Source: Candidatus Yanofskybacteria bacterium CG10_big_fil_rev_8_21_14_0_10_36_16 | GTDB taxonomy: Bacteria > Patescibacteriota > Minisyncoccia > 2-02-FULL-40-12 > IGHO2-01-FULL-4-A | DNA: 64,000 nt | Assembly: GCA_002794035.1 (NCBI GenBank) | Contig: PCXQ01000006.1 | Span: 24,533 to 88,532 of the forward strand | Reading direction: 5' to 3' | Made by a program: the position numbers and the translations under genes | The notes under the pieces: model-generated | Database searches by the model: none | Told to the model about the DNA's origin: nothing | Seen by the model: only the letters and a program-made list of their open reading frames with translations | Part shown: positions 36,622-46,462 of the stretch, piece by piece | Layout of the letters: each line of letters opens with the position of its first letter | Numbering within the stretch: the stretch's first letter is position 1

Positions 36622-37284
36622 ATGTTAATTGTCAAATACCAATTCATCGTGTCGATTTTAAATAGTATAAAAAACCTTTTCGTTATAAGCCCAGACAGAA
36701 AGGGCCCCAAAGGTTTTACGTTGGTCGAGTTATTGGTTGTTATAGCCATCATTGGTATTTTGGCAACATTGTTATTGCTTCAATTGGCTGTTGCCAGAGG
36801 TAAGGCTAGAGACGTTAAAAGAATTGCCGATGTTAACCAAGTTAGAACCGCTCTTGAATTGTGGTTCGACGACAACGCAGCCCAATATCCAGCAACAATG
36901 GACTTGTATAGCGACATTGTTCCTAAATACATAGGACAATTACCACAAGATCCTCTTGCTGCTGGTGGTTGCAACACAGATGCAGGTGGCAATCCTAGGT
37001 ATGATGGAACTGCAGTTGGTACTGTTAACTGTTACGGTTATGCTTACCACCCCGATGGTGTTGCTTCAGATCCTATAAGATTCCAGGTATGGTCACAGCT
37101 TGAGCAATGGGCCCCTGCATTAGGTTCTGATGCTGACATTGACTCAACAGGTGCAGGTGTTAATGGTAACCCTTGGCCAGCTGCTGGAGCAGGAGCAACA
37201 GTAGAGGGTGGTTTGGATGATGTTACTGCCAACTGTGACGACGCCACCCCTGGAGATTGCATATACGACCAAGGAATTCTGTAA
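36622..37284 (+). CDS. Type IV pilin (start uncertain; likely an internal GTG about 36649)
   Basis: ...PDRKGPKG|FTLVELLVVIAIIGILATLLLLQLAVARGKARD; Gly/Ala-rich C-terminal region. Confidence 0.7.
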   Translation: MLIVKYQFIVSILNSIKNLFVISPDRKGPKGFTLVELLVVIAIIGILATLLLLQLAVARGKARDVKRIADVNQVRTALELWFDDNAAQYPATMDLYSDIVPKYIGQLPQDPLAAGGCNTDAGGNPRYDGTAVGTVNCYGYAYHPDGVASDPIRFQVWSQLEQWAPALGSDADIDSTGAGVNGNPWPAAGAGATVEGGLDDVTANCDDATPGDCIYDQGIL

Positions 37285-37300
37285 AATACTCTTAGTTAGT

Positions 37301-38128
37301 GTGATACAAAACAGTATTATCTTATTCATAATCGGTACAGTAATAGGAAGCTTCCTAAATGTTCTCATTTATAGAATACCGATAGGCAAAGATTTCATTT
37401 CGGGCAGGTCATCCTGCCCGAAATGTTATAAAGTGATACCGTGGTACGGTCTTTTTCCGGTTTTTAGTTATGTCTTTCAACGAGGAAAATGCTTGTTTTG
37501 CAAAGAAAAAATAAGCATTCAATATCCTGTCATTGAAACTATTTCAGGGCTGATTTTTGTTGGAACATCAATGTTTCTATACAGCCCTTTCTTATCAATA
37601 CCCGATTTAACTTATTGGCTTTTTTATATTGCAATAATTGAAATAACATTATTACTATTTGTTATAGACTTAAAACACTTCATACTCCCTGACTCACTGG
37701 TATTATCTCTTCTTGTTGCTTTCGGAGCTTATTACTTAACAACGCAAATTCTGGGAATATCTCCGGACTATGTCCAATCCTCTCTAACTATCCAAAACAG
37801 ACTCTTAGGAAGTCTAGTAATAGGCGGCGCTTTATTTCTGCTATGGTTTTTATCCAAGGGCAGGGCTCTGGGGTTTGGTGATGTAAAGTTAATGTCTGTG
37901 CTGGGTATAATTTTTGGCTTAAAAGGTGGTATAATAATATTTTACATGGCAATGTTTATCGGCTTAATTGTTGGCTTGTTTCTAATTTTTTTCAAACAGG
38001 CAGACCTAAAGACAAAAGTGCCATTCGGAACATTTATAGGATTGTCTGTCCTAACATACATATTTTTCTATAATCAAATTATATCCTATGTTAATTTTTT
38101 AATACTAAGAGCGTTCACAACAGTATAG
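37301..38128 (+). CDS. pilD: Prepilin peptidase (A24 family) PilD
   Basis: GTG at 37301 in frame. Zinc-binding pairs CPKC...CLFC; catalytic Asp motifs IDLKHFILPD and GFGDVKLMSVLG; polytopic. Confidence 0.8.
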   Translation: MIQNSIILFIIGTVIGSFLNVLIYRIPIGKDFISGRSSCPKCYKVIPWYGLFPVFSYVFQRGKCLFCKEKISIQYPVIETISGLIFVGTSMFLYSPFLSIPDLTYWLFYIAIIEITLLLFVIDLKHFILPDSLVLSLLVAFGAYYLTTQILGISPDYVQSSLTIQNRLLGSLVIGGALFLLWFLSKGRALGFGDVKLMSVLGIIFGLKGGIIIFYMAMFIGLIVGLFLIFFKQADLKTKVPFGTFIGLSVLTYIFFYNQIISYVNFLILRAFTTV

Positions 38129-38139
38129 TTTTATAACAA

Positions 38140-38589
38140 ATGGAGTATCAAACAAAAAATCAAAAGGTTTTATTTATCTCATCTTTAATATTGTTAATTG
38201 CTTCTTTAATATACTTAAATTTTAATAACTTAAAAAACCTAATAGAAAATCGGTTCAATCTTAGTTCCCCAATTTCATCCTCAAAAACTTCGGCACTAAT
38301 CATCGATTATGGGAACGGCAGACAAAGAATGTTTGAAGGACCCGTAACAGACAACATGGATGTATTTGAAGCAATTCTTGCAGCAAAAAATGGGGGAGGT
38401 TTTAATATTTTATATCATGCCAACTCCAACAAAGAGCCCGTAGCAATTTCTTCCATAGATGAAATTGAAAGCGACCCCTTTGGAAAAAAATGGTATGTCT
38501 ACATCAACAACAACCTCATTGAACAAGGATTTGATGCTTTGTCTTTATTAATAGAAACGGGGGATTTAATTGTTTTAAAATACGAATAA
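38140..38589 (+). CDS. Hypothetical membrane-anchored protein
   Basis: N-terminal TM; ...KKWYVYINNNLIEQG; no confident family. Confidence 0.4.
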   Translation: MEYQTKNQKVLFISSLILLIASLIYLNFNNLKNLIENRFNLSSPISSSKTSALIIDYGNGRQRMFEGPVTDNMDVFEAILAAKNGGGFNILYHANSNKEPVAISSIDEIESDPFGKKWYVYINNNLIEQGFDALSLLIETGDLIVLKYE

Positions 38590-38862
38590 AATTATTTTAA
38601 AATCTTATCAAGACAAAGAAAAAATACACTTAAATTTAATTTCTTATTTATATAAAGACAACATAGAACTCTATCAATCGATGGCTTGCCCCGTTTTTAA
38701 AAAAGGAAATGTTGCTAATAACCTTCGCCCACAAGTTGCCAAATTGATGAAGCTCGGTGTTAACAAAATTTCATTTAAAAATATTCCTCCTTTTTAAAGA
38801 GCGGGTTTGCCTTGAAGTGAGATTTCTGATTGCTTTTGGGGACTAATTTAAATTTATAAATT

Positions 38863-39477
38863 ATGTTAGGCAAATTATCAAAAATAAAACAACCTGCCTT
38901 ATCTTTTATTTCCAGTAGGAAATATTTCGGGAATTCTAATTCGGGTTTTAGTTTGATTGAAGTATTGCTTGTTACTACTATTTTATCCATTTTATCAACG
39001 GTTTTAATTTTGACCTTTAGAAGTGATACATCTAATCAAGTATCGAGGATAAGGGCTGCGAAAGTAATAGCAACTGACATTAGAAGAATCCAATCATTGG
39101 CTCTTTCTACAACCTCTTATGATGGCGAAACAACATGCGGCTATGGCATGCTAAAACAAAATAGCAATACTTATATTTTATATGCCGGACTATCTGGTGG
39201 TATAACATGTCAGTCCAAACCAAAAAATTATCAAGCTGGTATAGACAAAATAATTGAGGTTAAACAAATAATTAACTCAAATCTTAAATTTCAAAACAAT
39301 TTTAAAGACATATTTTTTAAACCACCTGACCCAATAGTATACTTCCAAAACACGCACAACATCAACGCCCAGCCCGAGGAAATAAAAATAATAAAAAAGA
39401 GTGAAAACACTTGCGCTCAATCACCTTGCACAATTGTTAAAGTTTATGTAAGTGGAAAAGTAGAAATAGTACCTTAA
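38863..39477 (+). CDS. Minor pilin / pseudopilin
   Basis: ...FGNSNSG|FSLIEVLLVTTILSILSTVLILTF. Confidence 0.6.
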   Translation: MLGKLSKIKQPALSFISSRKYFGNSNSGFSLIEVLLVTTILSILSTVLILTFRSDTSNQVSRIRAAKVIATDIRRIQSLALSTTSYDGETTCGYGMLKQNSNTYILYAGLSGGITCQSKPKNYQAGIDKIIEVKQIINSNLKFQNNFKDIFFKPPDPIVYFQNTHNINAQPEEIKIIKKSENTCAQSPCTIVKVYVSGKVEIVP

Positions 39478-39591
39478 TGCTTTATCTTCATAAAAAAAGG
39501 CTTAATTCATACAATCTGAAACCACTGGAAGATAGTGGTGGTTTTACCCCACTCTTGAACAGCTTGTTTCTACTATTCGTTTAATTAAAAT

Positions 39592-40143
39592 ATGAAATTT
39601 AAATTAATAAAGACATTGTTTAACAATGATTTTCCTTATTCAAGGGCGGGGTTTACTCTGGTTGAAGTTGCAATATCAACCGTAATTTTGGGTATTTTTA
39701 TGTCTGCACTTCTGTTTATTTTATCTTTAAGCATATCCAGTGCCACTACTGTAAAAAATAATTTTGTTGCAGCATTTTTGGCCCAAGAAGGTGTAGAACT
39801 AATGAACAATCTGAGACACGAAGACTGGATTCAAGGAAGAGAATTCGGGTCTTTTGGAAGTATTCTAGGTGCCGTAAGTGACGGTGAATACCGTATTCAA
39901 TGGGACTCACTTGAACTCATGTCTCTAAACGGAAATCCACAATTACTAATTGATGATTCGACTGGATTGTATGGATACTCTGATGGAGGAATAGTTGGTG
40001 GAAATTCTGGTTTTTATAGAAAAGTAATAGTTGAAACTGTTGTTCCAGATATAGAAAAAAGGGTTACAGTAAGAATAGAATGGTCTGATGATGGAAATGC
40101 AAAACAAATAAACACGGAGTGGCATGCATTTAATTGGAAGTAA
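39592..40143 (+). CDS. Minor pilin (SRAG|FT leader class)
   Basis: MKFKLIKTLFNNDFPYSRAG|FTLVEVAISTVILGIFMSALLFIL. Confidence 0.65.
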   Translation: MKFKLIKTLFNNDFPYSRAGFTLVEVAISTVILGIFMSALLFILSLSISSATTVKNNFVAAFLAQEGVELMNNLRHEDWIQGREFGSFGSILGAVSDGEYRIQWDSLELMSLNGNPQLLIDDSTGLYGYSDGGIVGGNSGFYRKVIVETVVPDIEKRVTVRIEWSDDGNAKQINTEWHAFNWK

Positions 40144-40243
40144 ACAATGACTAATTTTTGTTAATCAATTTTTAAAAAACTAATGCAATTAAAACCAACA
40201 AAACAATTATTTAATAGTACTTTTTCACTCTCCTCAAGAGCAA

Positions 40244-40364
40244 GGTTTACCCCACTCTTGAACAGCTCGTTTCTACTATTCGTTTAATTAAAATATGAAA
40301 TTTAAATTAATAAAGACATTGTTTAACAATGATTTTCCTTATTCAAGGGCGGGGTTTACCGTAT
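40244..40364 (+). repeat. ~120-bp near-identical duplicated block (upstream region plus first 23 codons) shared by the two tandem minor pilin genes; the other copy is 39541-39661
   Basis: From tttaccccactcttgaacagct through caagggcggggtttac the two copies differ at a single position; downstream mature-protein coding diverges completely. Confidence 0.75.
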
Positions 40365-40852
40365 TTGAAATGTTAACTGCGGGCACAATATTTACCATTG
40401 CTCTTGTTGTTGTTACGGGGTCGTTTGTGCAATCTCTAAGAACAGAAAGGCGTGCCGATAATATAAAGATAGTACAAGAAGATGCTCTGTTTGTTATGGA
40501 AGTTATAAGCAGAGAAATCAGGGTAGCTGAAATCCAAAATAGAACGGGTGATCCTGACTGCCCAGACGATCAGCCAGCATTAGTGCTTTGCATAATTCAC
40601 CCTGTAAATGGCGACATCGTATATTCAATTTCTAATAATCAAATACACAGGAACGTTAATGGTAAAGACACCATATTAAGTTCAGACAATATTGAGTTTA
40701 CAAAACTAGAATTTTACCATTCAGGACTTGAAGCTGGTGATGGCTTGCAGCCCCGAATAACAATTTTAGCAACAGTAAAAAGCGTGGGTCCAAATGAAAC
40801 TGTCGAAATAAAAGTACAAACAACAGTATCTCAAAGATTATTACAAAGCTAA
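40295..40852 (+). CDS. Minor pilin (SRAG|FT leader class; tandem paralog of 39592)
   Basis: MKFKLIKTLFNNDFPYSRAG|FTVFEMLTAGTIFTIALVVV. Confidence 0.65.
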   Translation: MKFKLIKTLFNNDFPYSRAGFTVFEMLTAGTIFTIALVVVTGSFVQSLRTERRADNIKIVQEDALFVMEVISREIRVAEIQNRTGDPDCPDDQPALVLCIIHPVNGDIVYSISNNQIHRNVNGKDTILSSDNIEFTKLEFYHSGLEAGDGLQPRITILATVKSVGPNETVEIKVQTTVSQRLLQS

Positions 40853-41826
40853 TGAAATATTATAAAAACAATTCTGGAATTGCCTTATTGCTAACCATAG
40901 TTTTTGTTACAGCAATGATCACTGTTATGATAGCTCTAATTGCAACATTCTTACCGAGAATAAAAACCTCATTTGATGTTAAAAATTCGGTAAATGCTCT
41001 ATACGCCGCGGATACAGGGATTGAATATTGTTTATATGTTAGAAAAGCAATACTCACAGGAAGCAGATTGTATTGGAAATTTAATGAGGGTAACGGTAAT
41101 AAAGTTTATGACTCAACAACAAGTAGCAATGACGGCAATATTTTTGGAAACAGAATTTGGACCATAGGTTTTTCAGGCAATGCGCTCCAATTTGACGGAG
41201 CTGGGGATTATATACTACACGAAAACGGAAGCACCGGGAGGCCGACATCACTCGCCAACAACCCTCTAAGTTTTACCGCTTGGATAAAAACACTCTCAAC
41301 AGAAGGACTGATCATGCAACAAGGTTCTACAGATGCCGGAATGATGCTTGCCATAAGAGGCGGTAGGGCCGAATTTACATACAGGTGGAGCGCCTCAAGC
41401 CTTACAACACTTACAGGGACAACCTTTGTTAATGATAACAATTGGCATCTTTTAGTCGGAACCATAGATGGATCGGGTAATATGAGGTTGGTGGTTGATA
41501 ATCAAACACAGGGTACAGGATTAGCGACCCTATCTACAACCGAACCAACTTATGGTTTTCTGGTAGGATCTGCAGTGGCAATATCAGGAGGAGTTATAAA
41601 CCCCACAGCTGATTTTAATGGAACAATCGATGATGTAAGAATATATGCCAAAGATTTGACTCCTGATATAATTGAAATTATATATAATGGTTTTACTCTA
41701 CCAGTCTTTCAAAACGATTCTGAATTTACCCTCAATCCACCAGATTGTACAACAGAACCTCTTATATCAGTAGGCTCCTCTGGAACCTTTAGAGGAGTAA
41801 ACAGGGCTTTTGAAATAAGTTTTTAA
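40852..41826 (+). CDS. Pilus-associated protein: PilX-N-like N-terminus fused to a concanavalin-A/LamG-like lectin domain
   Basis: N-terminal TM plus ...NALYAADTGIEYCLYV (PilX-N-like). LamG signature ...GTIDDVRIYAKDLTPDIIEIIYNG (compare DEVRIYNRALSAAEI). Confidence 0.6.
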   Translation: MKYYKNNSGIALLLTIVFVTAMITVMIALIATFLPRIKTSFDVKNSVNALYAADTGIEYCLYVRKAILTGSRLYWKFNEGNGNKVYDSTTSSNDGNIFGNRIWTIGFSGNALQFDGAGDYILHENGSTGRPTSLANNPLSFTAWIKTLSTEGLIMQQGSTDAGMMLAIRGGRAEFTYRWSASSLTTLTGTTFVNDNNWHLLVGTIDGSGNMRLVVDNQTQGTGLATLSTTEPTYGFLVGSAVAISGGVINPTADFNGTIDDVRIYAKDLTPDIIEIIYNGFTLPVFQNDSEFTLNPPDCTTEPLISVGSSGTFRGVNRAFEISF

Positions 41827-41919
41827 CATTGAATAGTTTTTATTTTATGTATTAAAAAACGCCATTTTTAGTGCGTTTTTTAATTGAAAATATCAATTAG
41901 AAGTGGTTAAATTATATTA

Positions 41920-43974
41920 ATGAACGACAAAAACCCAACAAAACAAGAGGCAAAAGAAAGAATAGAACAGCTTAAAAAACTTATTAAAAAATACCGTTAT
42001 AGCAGATTAACTCTAGACAAACCGTTGGCGGAAGAACAGGTTGAGGACTCCTTAAAAAAGGAACTTTTTGATTTGGAACAACAATATCCTGATTTAATTA
42101 CTCCTGATTCTCCCAGCCAAAGAGTAGGAGGAAAACCGCTTGATAAATTTGAAAAATTTAAACACCCTCGCCCCATGTTGTCATTTAATGATGCTTTTAA
42201 TCAAAACGACATGGAAGATTGGCAGGATAGAATTGCAAGGGTCTTAAACGTAGAAATCCCAAAAGATGGACATGCCCGCTCAAATTTTGCAGAGCAAAAA
42301 CTAGGTGGGTATTATTGCGAATTAAAACTTGATGGGCTTGCAATTGAGTTGGTTTATAAAGATGGCAAATTAGAAGTTGGTTCAACAAGAGGAGACGGAT
42401 TGGTAGGTGAAAATGTGACTCAAAATTTAAAAACAATAGAATCAATTCCTTTGTCTTTGATAGCAGACCCCAACAACAAAGAGGTGGTGGTTAGAGGAGA
42501 GGTCTTTATTAATAAGAAAGATTTTGAAAAAATAAACAAAAAATACGAAAAGGAAGTTAAAAAAACATATGCCAATCCAAGAAACCTTGCTGCGGGCTCT
42601 GTTCGACAGCTAAACTCTAAGATTACAGCCGAAAGAAATCTAGATTTCTTTGCTTATGATTTAATAACAGATTTTGGTCAAAAAACCCACGAAGACAAAC
42701 ATGATATTTTAAAAAATATGGGCTTCCCAACAAACCCCAACAACAAATTCTGCAAAAACTTAAAAGAAGTCCAAACATTTAGAGATCAATGGGAAAAACA
42801 AAAAGAAAAATTACCCTATCAAATAGATGGTGTAGTTGTTCAAATAAACGATAATAAATTATTTGAAAAATTAGGAGTTGTTGGAAAATCACCTCGCGCC
42901 GCAATTGCTTATAAGTTTTCGCCTGAGCACGGAACTACAAAGGTTAAAGACATCATAATAAGCGTAGGCAGAACTGGAACACTAACCCCTGTGGCAATAC
43001 TTGAACCAGTTGAAATTGGAGGTACAACCGTAAGCAGAGCTACTTTACATAACGAGGATGAAATAGATCGTCTTGGCATAAAAATAGGCGATACAGTAGT
43101 AGTAGGCAGAGCAGGAGACGTTATACCAGACATATTAGAAGTCATTAAGGACCTAAGAACAGGCAAAGAAAAAACGTTTAGATTCCCCGAGCAATGCCCA
43201 ATTTGTGGCAACAAAACTGAACGCGCAAAAGGTGAAGCCGCCCACAAATGTGTAAATAAAAATTGCCCTGCAATAAAAAGAAGGGGCATGTATCATTTTG
43301 TATCAAGAGGAGCATTAGATATCGAAGGATTGGGACCTAAAATCATAGATCAACTATTAGATGCGGGACTAATTAAAGATTCCGCTGATTTATACAATTT
43401 AAAAAAAGAAGATCTCTTAAACCTTGAACGTTTTGCTGAAAAATCTGCCGAGAATACCATAAACGCAATACAAGACAGAAAAAAAATACCGCTTGATCGT
43501 TTTATATATGCACTAGGTATTCCAAATGTTGGTTCTGAAACAGCGCTGGATCTTGCAAGAAAATATGGAACATTAGAAAAATTATCTAAAGCCAACTTTG
43601 AAGAACTGGAAAAAATAAAGGACATCGGCAATGTAGTCGCCAAAAGCATAGACAACTGGTTCACTGATCCTTACCACAAAAACTTGCTCAATAAATTTAA
43701 AGAATCTGGAGTTAAAGCACTAGAACAAAAAACATCACAAAAATCTTCTAAACTAAAAGATCTCACATTTGTTTTCACGGGAACGCTAGAGTCAATAACT
43801 CGAGAAGATGCTGAGGAACTAGCACGAGAAAATGGAGGCAACACATCATCATCTGTTTCAAAAGCAACAGATTACCTTGTAACAGGTGAAAGCCCTGGTT
43901 CAAAGTATGACAAAGCTCAAAAATTAGGCATCAAAATAATAAGCGAGGAAGAATTCATAAAATTGTTAAAGTAA
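41920..43974 (+). CDS. ligA: NAD-dependent DNA ligase
   Basis: KLDGLAIELVYKDG (KxDG); zinc finger CPICGN...CVNKNCPA; HhH region; C-terminal BRCT domain. Confidence 0.9.
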   Translation: MNDKNPTKQEAKERIEQLKKLIKKYRYSRLTLDKPLAEEQVEDSLKKELFDLEQQYPDLITPDSPSQRVGGKPLDKFEKFKHPRPMLSFNDAFNQNDMEDWQDRIARVLNVEIPKDGHARSNFAEQKLGGYYCELKLDGLAIELVYKDGKLEVGSTRGDGLVGENVTQNLKTIESIPLSLIADPNNKEVVVRGEVFINKKDFEKINKKYEKEVKKTYANPRNLAAGSVRQLNSKITAERNLDFFAYDLITDFGQKTHEDKHDILKNMGFPTNPNNKFCKNLKEVQTFRDQWEKQKEKLPYQIDGVVVQINDNKLFEKLGVVGKSPRAAIAYKFSPEHGTTKVKDIIISVGRTGTLTPVAILEPVEIGGTTVSRATLHNEDEIDRLGIKIGDTVVVGRAGDVIPDILEVIKDLRTGKEKTFRFPEQCPICGNKTERAKGEAAHKCVNKNCPAIKRRGMYHFVSRGALDIEGLGPKIIDQLLDAGLIKDSADLYNLKKEDLLNLERFAEKSAENTINAIQDRKKIPLDRFIYALGIPNVGSETALDLARKYGTLEKLSKANFEELEKIKDIGNVVAKSIDNWFTDPYHKNLLNKFKESGVKALEQKTSQKSSKLKDLTFVFTGTLESITREDAEELARENGGNTSSSVSKATDYLVTGESPGSKYDKAQKLGIKIISEEEFIKLLK

Positions 43975-44044
43975 AAAACATAATAATAATCATGATAAAA
44001 CTTAGGTTTTTTTAATATTTTGTGTTAATTTATGAATATAACTT

Positions 44045-44356
44045 ATGTCAAAAATAACTAAAATTGAAGTAACAAATATTGCAAATCTTGCTCGAATCGA
44101 TTTAACAGACAAAGAAAAAGAAAAAATGGCCAAAGAGCTTGGTTCGGTTTTGGAATATATTGATCAGCTTCAAGAAGTTGATACTAGCAAAGTCCAAGCG
44201 GACATTAACCCCCATCACGAACTTATTAATATTTTAAGAGAAGATGATAAATTAAGTCATGAACCCGCTGAAAATACGGATAAATTATTAAAAGAAGCTC
44301 CTGAAACAAAAGATGGTTTCATTAAGGTTAAATCCGTATTTAATAAAGATAAATGA
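44045..44356 (+). CDS. gatC: Glu/Asp-tRNA amidotransferase subunit C
   Basis: KIEVTNIANLARIDLTDKEKEKMAKELGSVLEYIDQL; overlaps gatA by 4 nt. Confidence 0.8.
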   Translation: MSKITKIEVTNIANLARIDLTDKEKEKMAKELGSVLEYIDQLQEVDTSKVQADINPHHELINILREDDKLSHEPAENTDKLLKEAPETKDGFIKVKSVFNKDK

Positions 44357-45762
44357 CAAAAGAAAACACAATTAAATCAATTCACGAAAGCCTTGAGAAA
44401 GGAGAATTTAGTGCAGAAGAAATTTTTAAACATTACCATGACAAGATAAACAAAAAGAATAAGGAACTAAACGCTTATCTTTCTGTGTTTAAAGACCCTC
44501 AAATTGAAGGCTCACGTCCTTCAGTTCTTTCAGGCATACCCTCAGCAATCAAGGACAATATTTTAATTGAAGGTGAAAAATGTACCGCAGCATCTAAAAT
44601 CCTAGAAAATTACACTGCAACATATGACGCAGGTGTTATATCAAAACTAAAAAAATCAGGTGTTCAATTTTTAGGAAAAACGAACATGGATGATTCCGCA
44701 ATGGGTGCATCTGGAGAAAGTTCAGCTTTTGGTCCAACAAAAAATCCTCATGACTTATCTAGAGTGCCCGGTGGTTCATCAAGCGGTTCAGCTGCTGCTG
44801 TAGCTGCTGACCTTGCTGTTTTTGCTTTGGGCTCAGACACAGGAGGATCAATCAGGTGCCCAGCATCGTTTTGTGGGATTGTAGGATTAAACCCAACATA
44901 TGGCAGAGTATCGCGCCATGGTTTAATAGCTATGGCATCAAGTTTAGACCAGATAGGGCCTCTTACAAAAAATGTAGAAGATGCAGCTCTGATTTTAAAT
45001 GCCATATCAGGACATGACGAGATGGATGCAACTTCAGCAAAAAAAGAAGTGCCTGACTTTACCAAAAACTTAGACAAGCCACTAAAAGGATTACGTGCCG
45101 CAGTACCAAAAGAATTTATGGGGGAAGGATTAGAAGAAAACGTAAAACAATTAGTATTAAAAACCATAGCAAAGCTTGAATCGCTTGGTGTTCACGTGGA
45201 TCAAGTTTCTATGCCTCACTTAAAATATTCCATAGCTGTTTATTATATTATTGTACCTTCCGAGGTTTCTGCTAACTTAGCAAGGCTTGATGGCATAAGA
45301 TACGGCTTATCTGAAAAAGCTGACAATTTATTCGATGTTTATGCAAAATCAAAAGAAAAAGGATTTGGTCCGGAAATCAAAAGAAGGATAATGCTTGGAA
45401 CCTATGCGTTATCTTCTGGTTATTACGATGCCTATTACAAAAAAGCACAAAAGGTGCGAACTGTTATAAGACATGATTTTGATAAGGTTTTTGAAGATTT
45501 TGACATTATTGTTGGTCCAACAATGCCCACTCCCGCATTTAAACTAGGAGAAAAATCAGAGGATCCTCTATCTATGTATTTAGCAGATATATTTACATGT
45601 CCTTCTAAGCTTGCTGGATTACCTGCTATTTCTGTGCCTTGCGGTATCACGAATAAACTACCAGTAGGATTTCAAATAATAGGCAGACATTTTGATGAAT
45701 ACACCTTATTAAGGGTAGGTCACCAACTAGAAAAAGAAGGGATAAAAAACCAGACGGTTTAA
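44353..45762 (+). CDS. gatA: Glu/Asp-tRNA amidotransferase subunit A
   Basis: Amidase signature GGSSSGSAAAVAADLAVFALGSDTGGSIRCPASFCG. Confidence 0.9.
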   Translation: MTKENTIKSIHESLEKGEFSAEEIFKHYHDKINKKNKELNAYLSVFKDPQIEGSRPSVLSGIPSAIKDNILIEGEKCTAASKILENYTATYDAGVISKLKKSGVQFLGKTNMDDSAMGASGESSAFGPTKNPHDLSRVPGGSSSGSAAAVAADLAVFALGSDTGGSIRCPASFCGIVGLNPTYGRVSRHGLIAMASSLDQIGPLTKNVEDAALILNAISGHDEMDATSAKKEVPDFTKNLDKPLKGLRAAVPKEFMGEGLEENVKQLVLKTIAKLESLGVHVDQVSMPHLKYSIAVYYIIVPSEVSANLARLDGIRYGLSEKADNLFDVYAKSKEKGFGPEIKRRIMLGTYALSSGYYDAYYKKAQKVRTVIRHDFDKVFEDFDIIVGPTMPTPAFKLGEKSEDPLSMYLADIFTCPSKLAGLPAISVPCGITNKLPVGFQIIGRHFDEYTLLRVGHQLEKEGIKNQTV

Positions 45763-45772
45763 TTAATAAACA

Positions 45773-46399
45773 ATGGCCATTGCTCAAGCTAATAATTTAA
45801 ATTTCACATCGAGTACTGATGCAGCACAAAATGTCGGACCCAACTTAGGTCCAGCAATTGCTCAAATAGCAACTCGGGCCTTTGATTTTGTGCAAAATTT
45901 TGATTATGTAGGGCTTTTATCTACCTTAAGATTTATTTCTTACATATTTACAGTTATATTTGTTTTAATTCTGGGATATATACTTTATAAAGTAAGCCAA
46001 TTGTCATCAAAAGGAACAGGAAGTAGTATGCCACTAGAGGGCATCAAAGACGAGCTCTCACCACCCCAGCCAGCTCAAAGTGCCTACGATGCAAGATGGA
46101 AAGAAATTAAGAAACATGCCGAATCATTCAATGTTGCCGAGTGGAAATTTGCCGTAGTTGAGGGAGACAAACTTGTTCATGACACCTTAAAGAAAGCAGG
46201 TTTTGGTACTGGGTCAATGGGAGACATTCTAGAATCAACATCACATGATCAGTTGCCTGAAATAGGAAACCTGTGGGATGCTCACAAACTAAGAAATCTA
46301 TTAGTTCATGATTCAGATTATGAACTAACCCACAACCAAGCCTTGGCTGCAATAAATGTTTTTGAAAGGGTATTAAAAGAATTAGGCGCAATAAACTAA
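45773..46399 (+). CDS. Membrane-anchored protein with a C-terminal DUF4145/HEPN-like domain
   Basis: TM segment LRFISYIFTVIFVLILGYILY. C-terminus ...LWDAHKLRNLLVHDSDYELTHNQALAAINVFERVLKEL fits the R-N-x-x-x-H (Rx4-6H) HEPN motif. Confidence 0.45.
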   Translation: MAIAQANNLNFTSSTDAAQNVGPNLGPAIAQIATRAFDFVQNFDYVGLLSTLRFISYIFTVIFVLILGYILYKVSQLSSKGTGSSMPLEGIKDELSPPQPAQSAYDARWKEIKKHAESFNVAEWKFAVVEGDKLVHDTLKKAGFGTGSMGDILESTSHDQLPEIGNLWDAHKLRNLLVHDSDYELTHNQALAAINVFERVLKELGAIN

Positions 46400-46462
46400 A
46401 AGATTAAGCATGATTGCTCACAGCTAACATTCATGTTATTCTGGGAGTGCACAACACAAACT

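Noticed and set aside
36752-37262. Overlapping alternative-frame ORFs within the pilin gene (36752..36934 +, 36780..36992 -, 37044..37262 -)
   Set aside because: Products of the locally GC/Gly-Ala-rich pilin coding region; the pilin frame has the diagnostic prepilin N-terminus.
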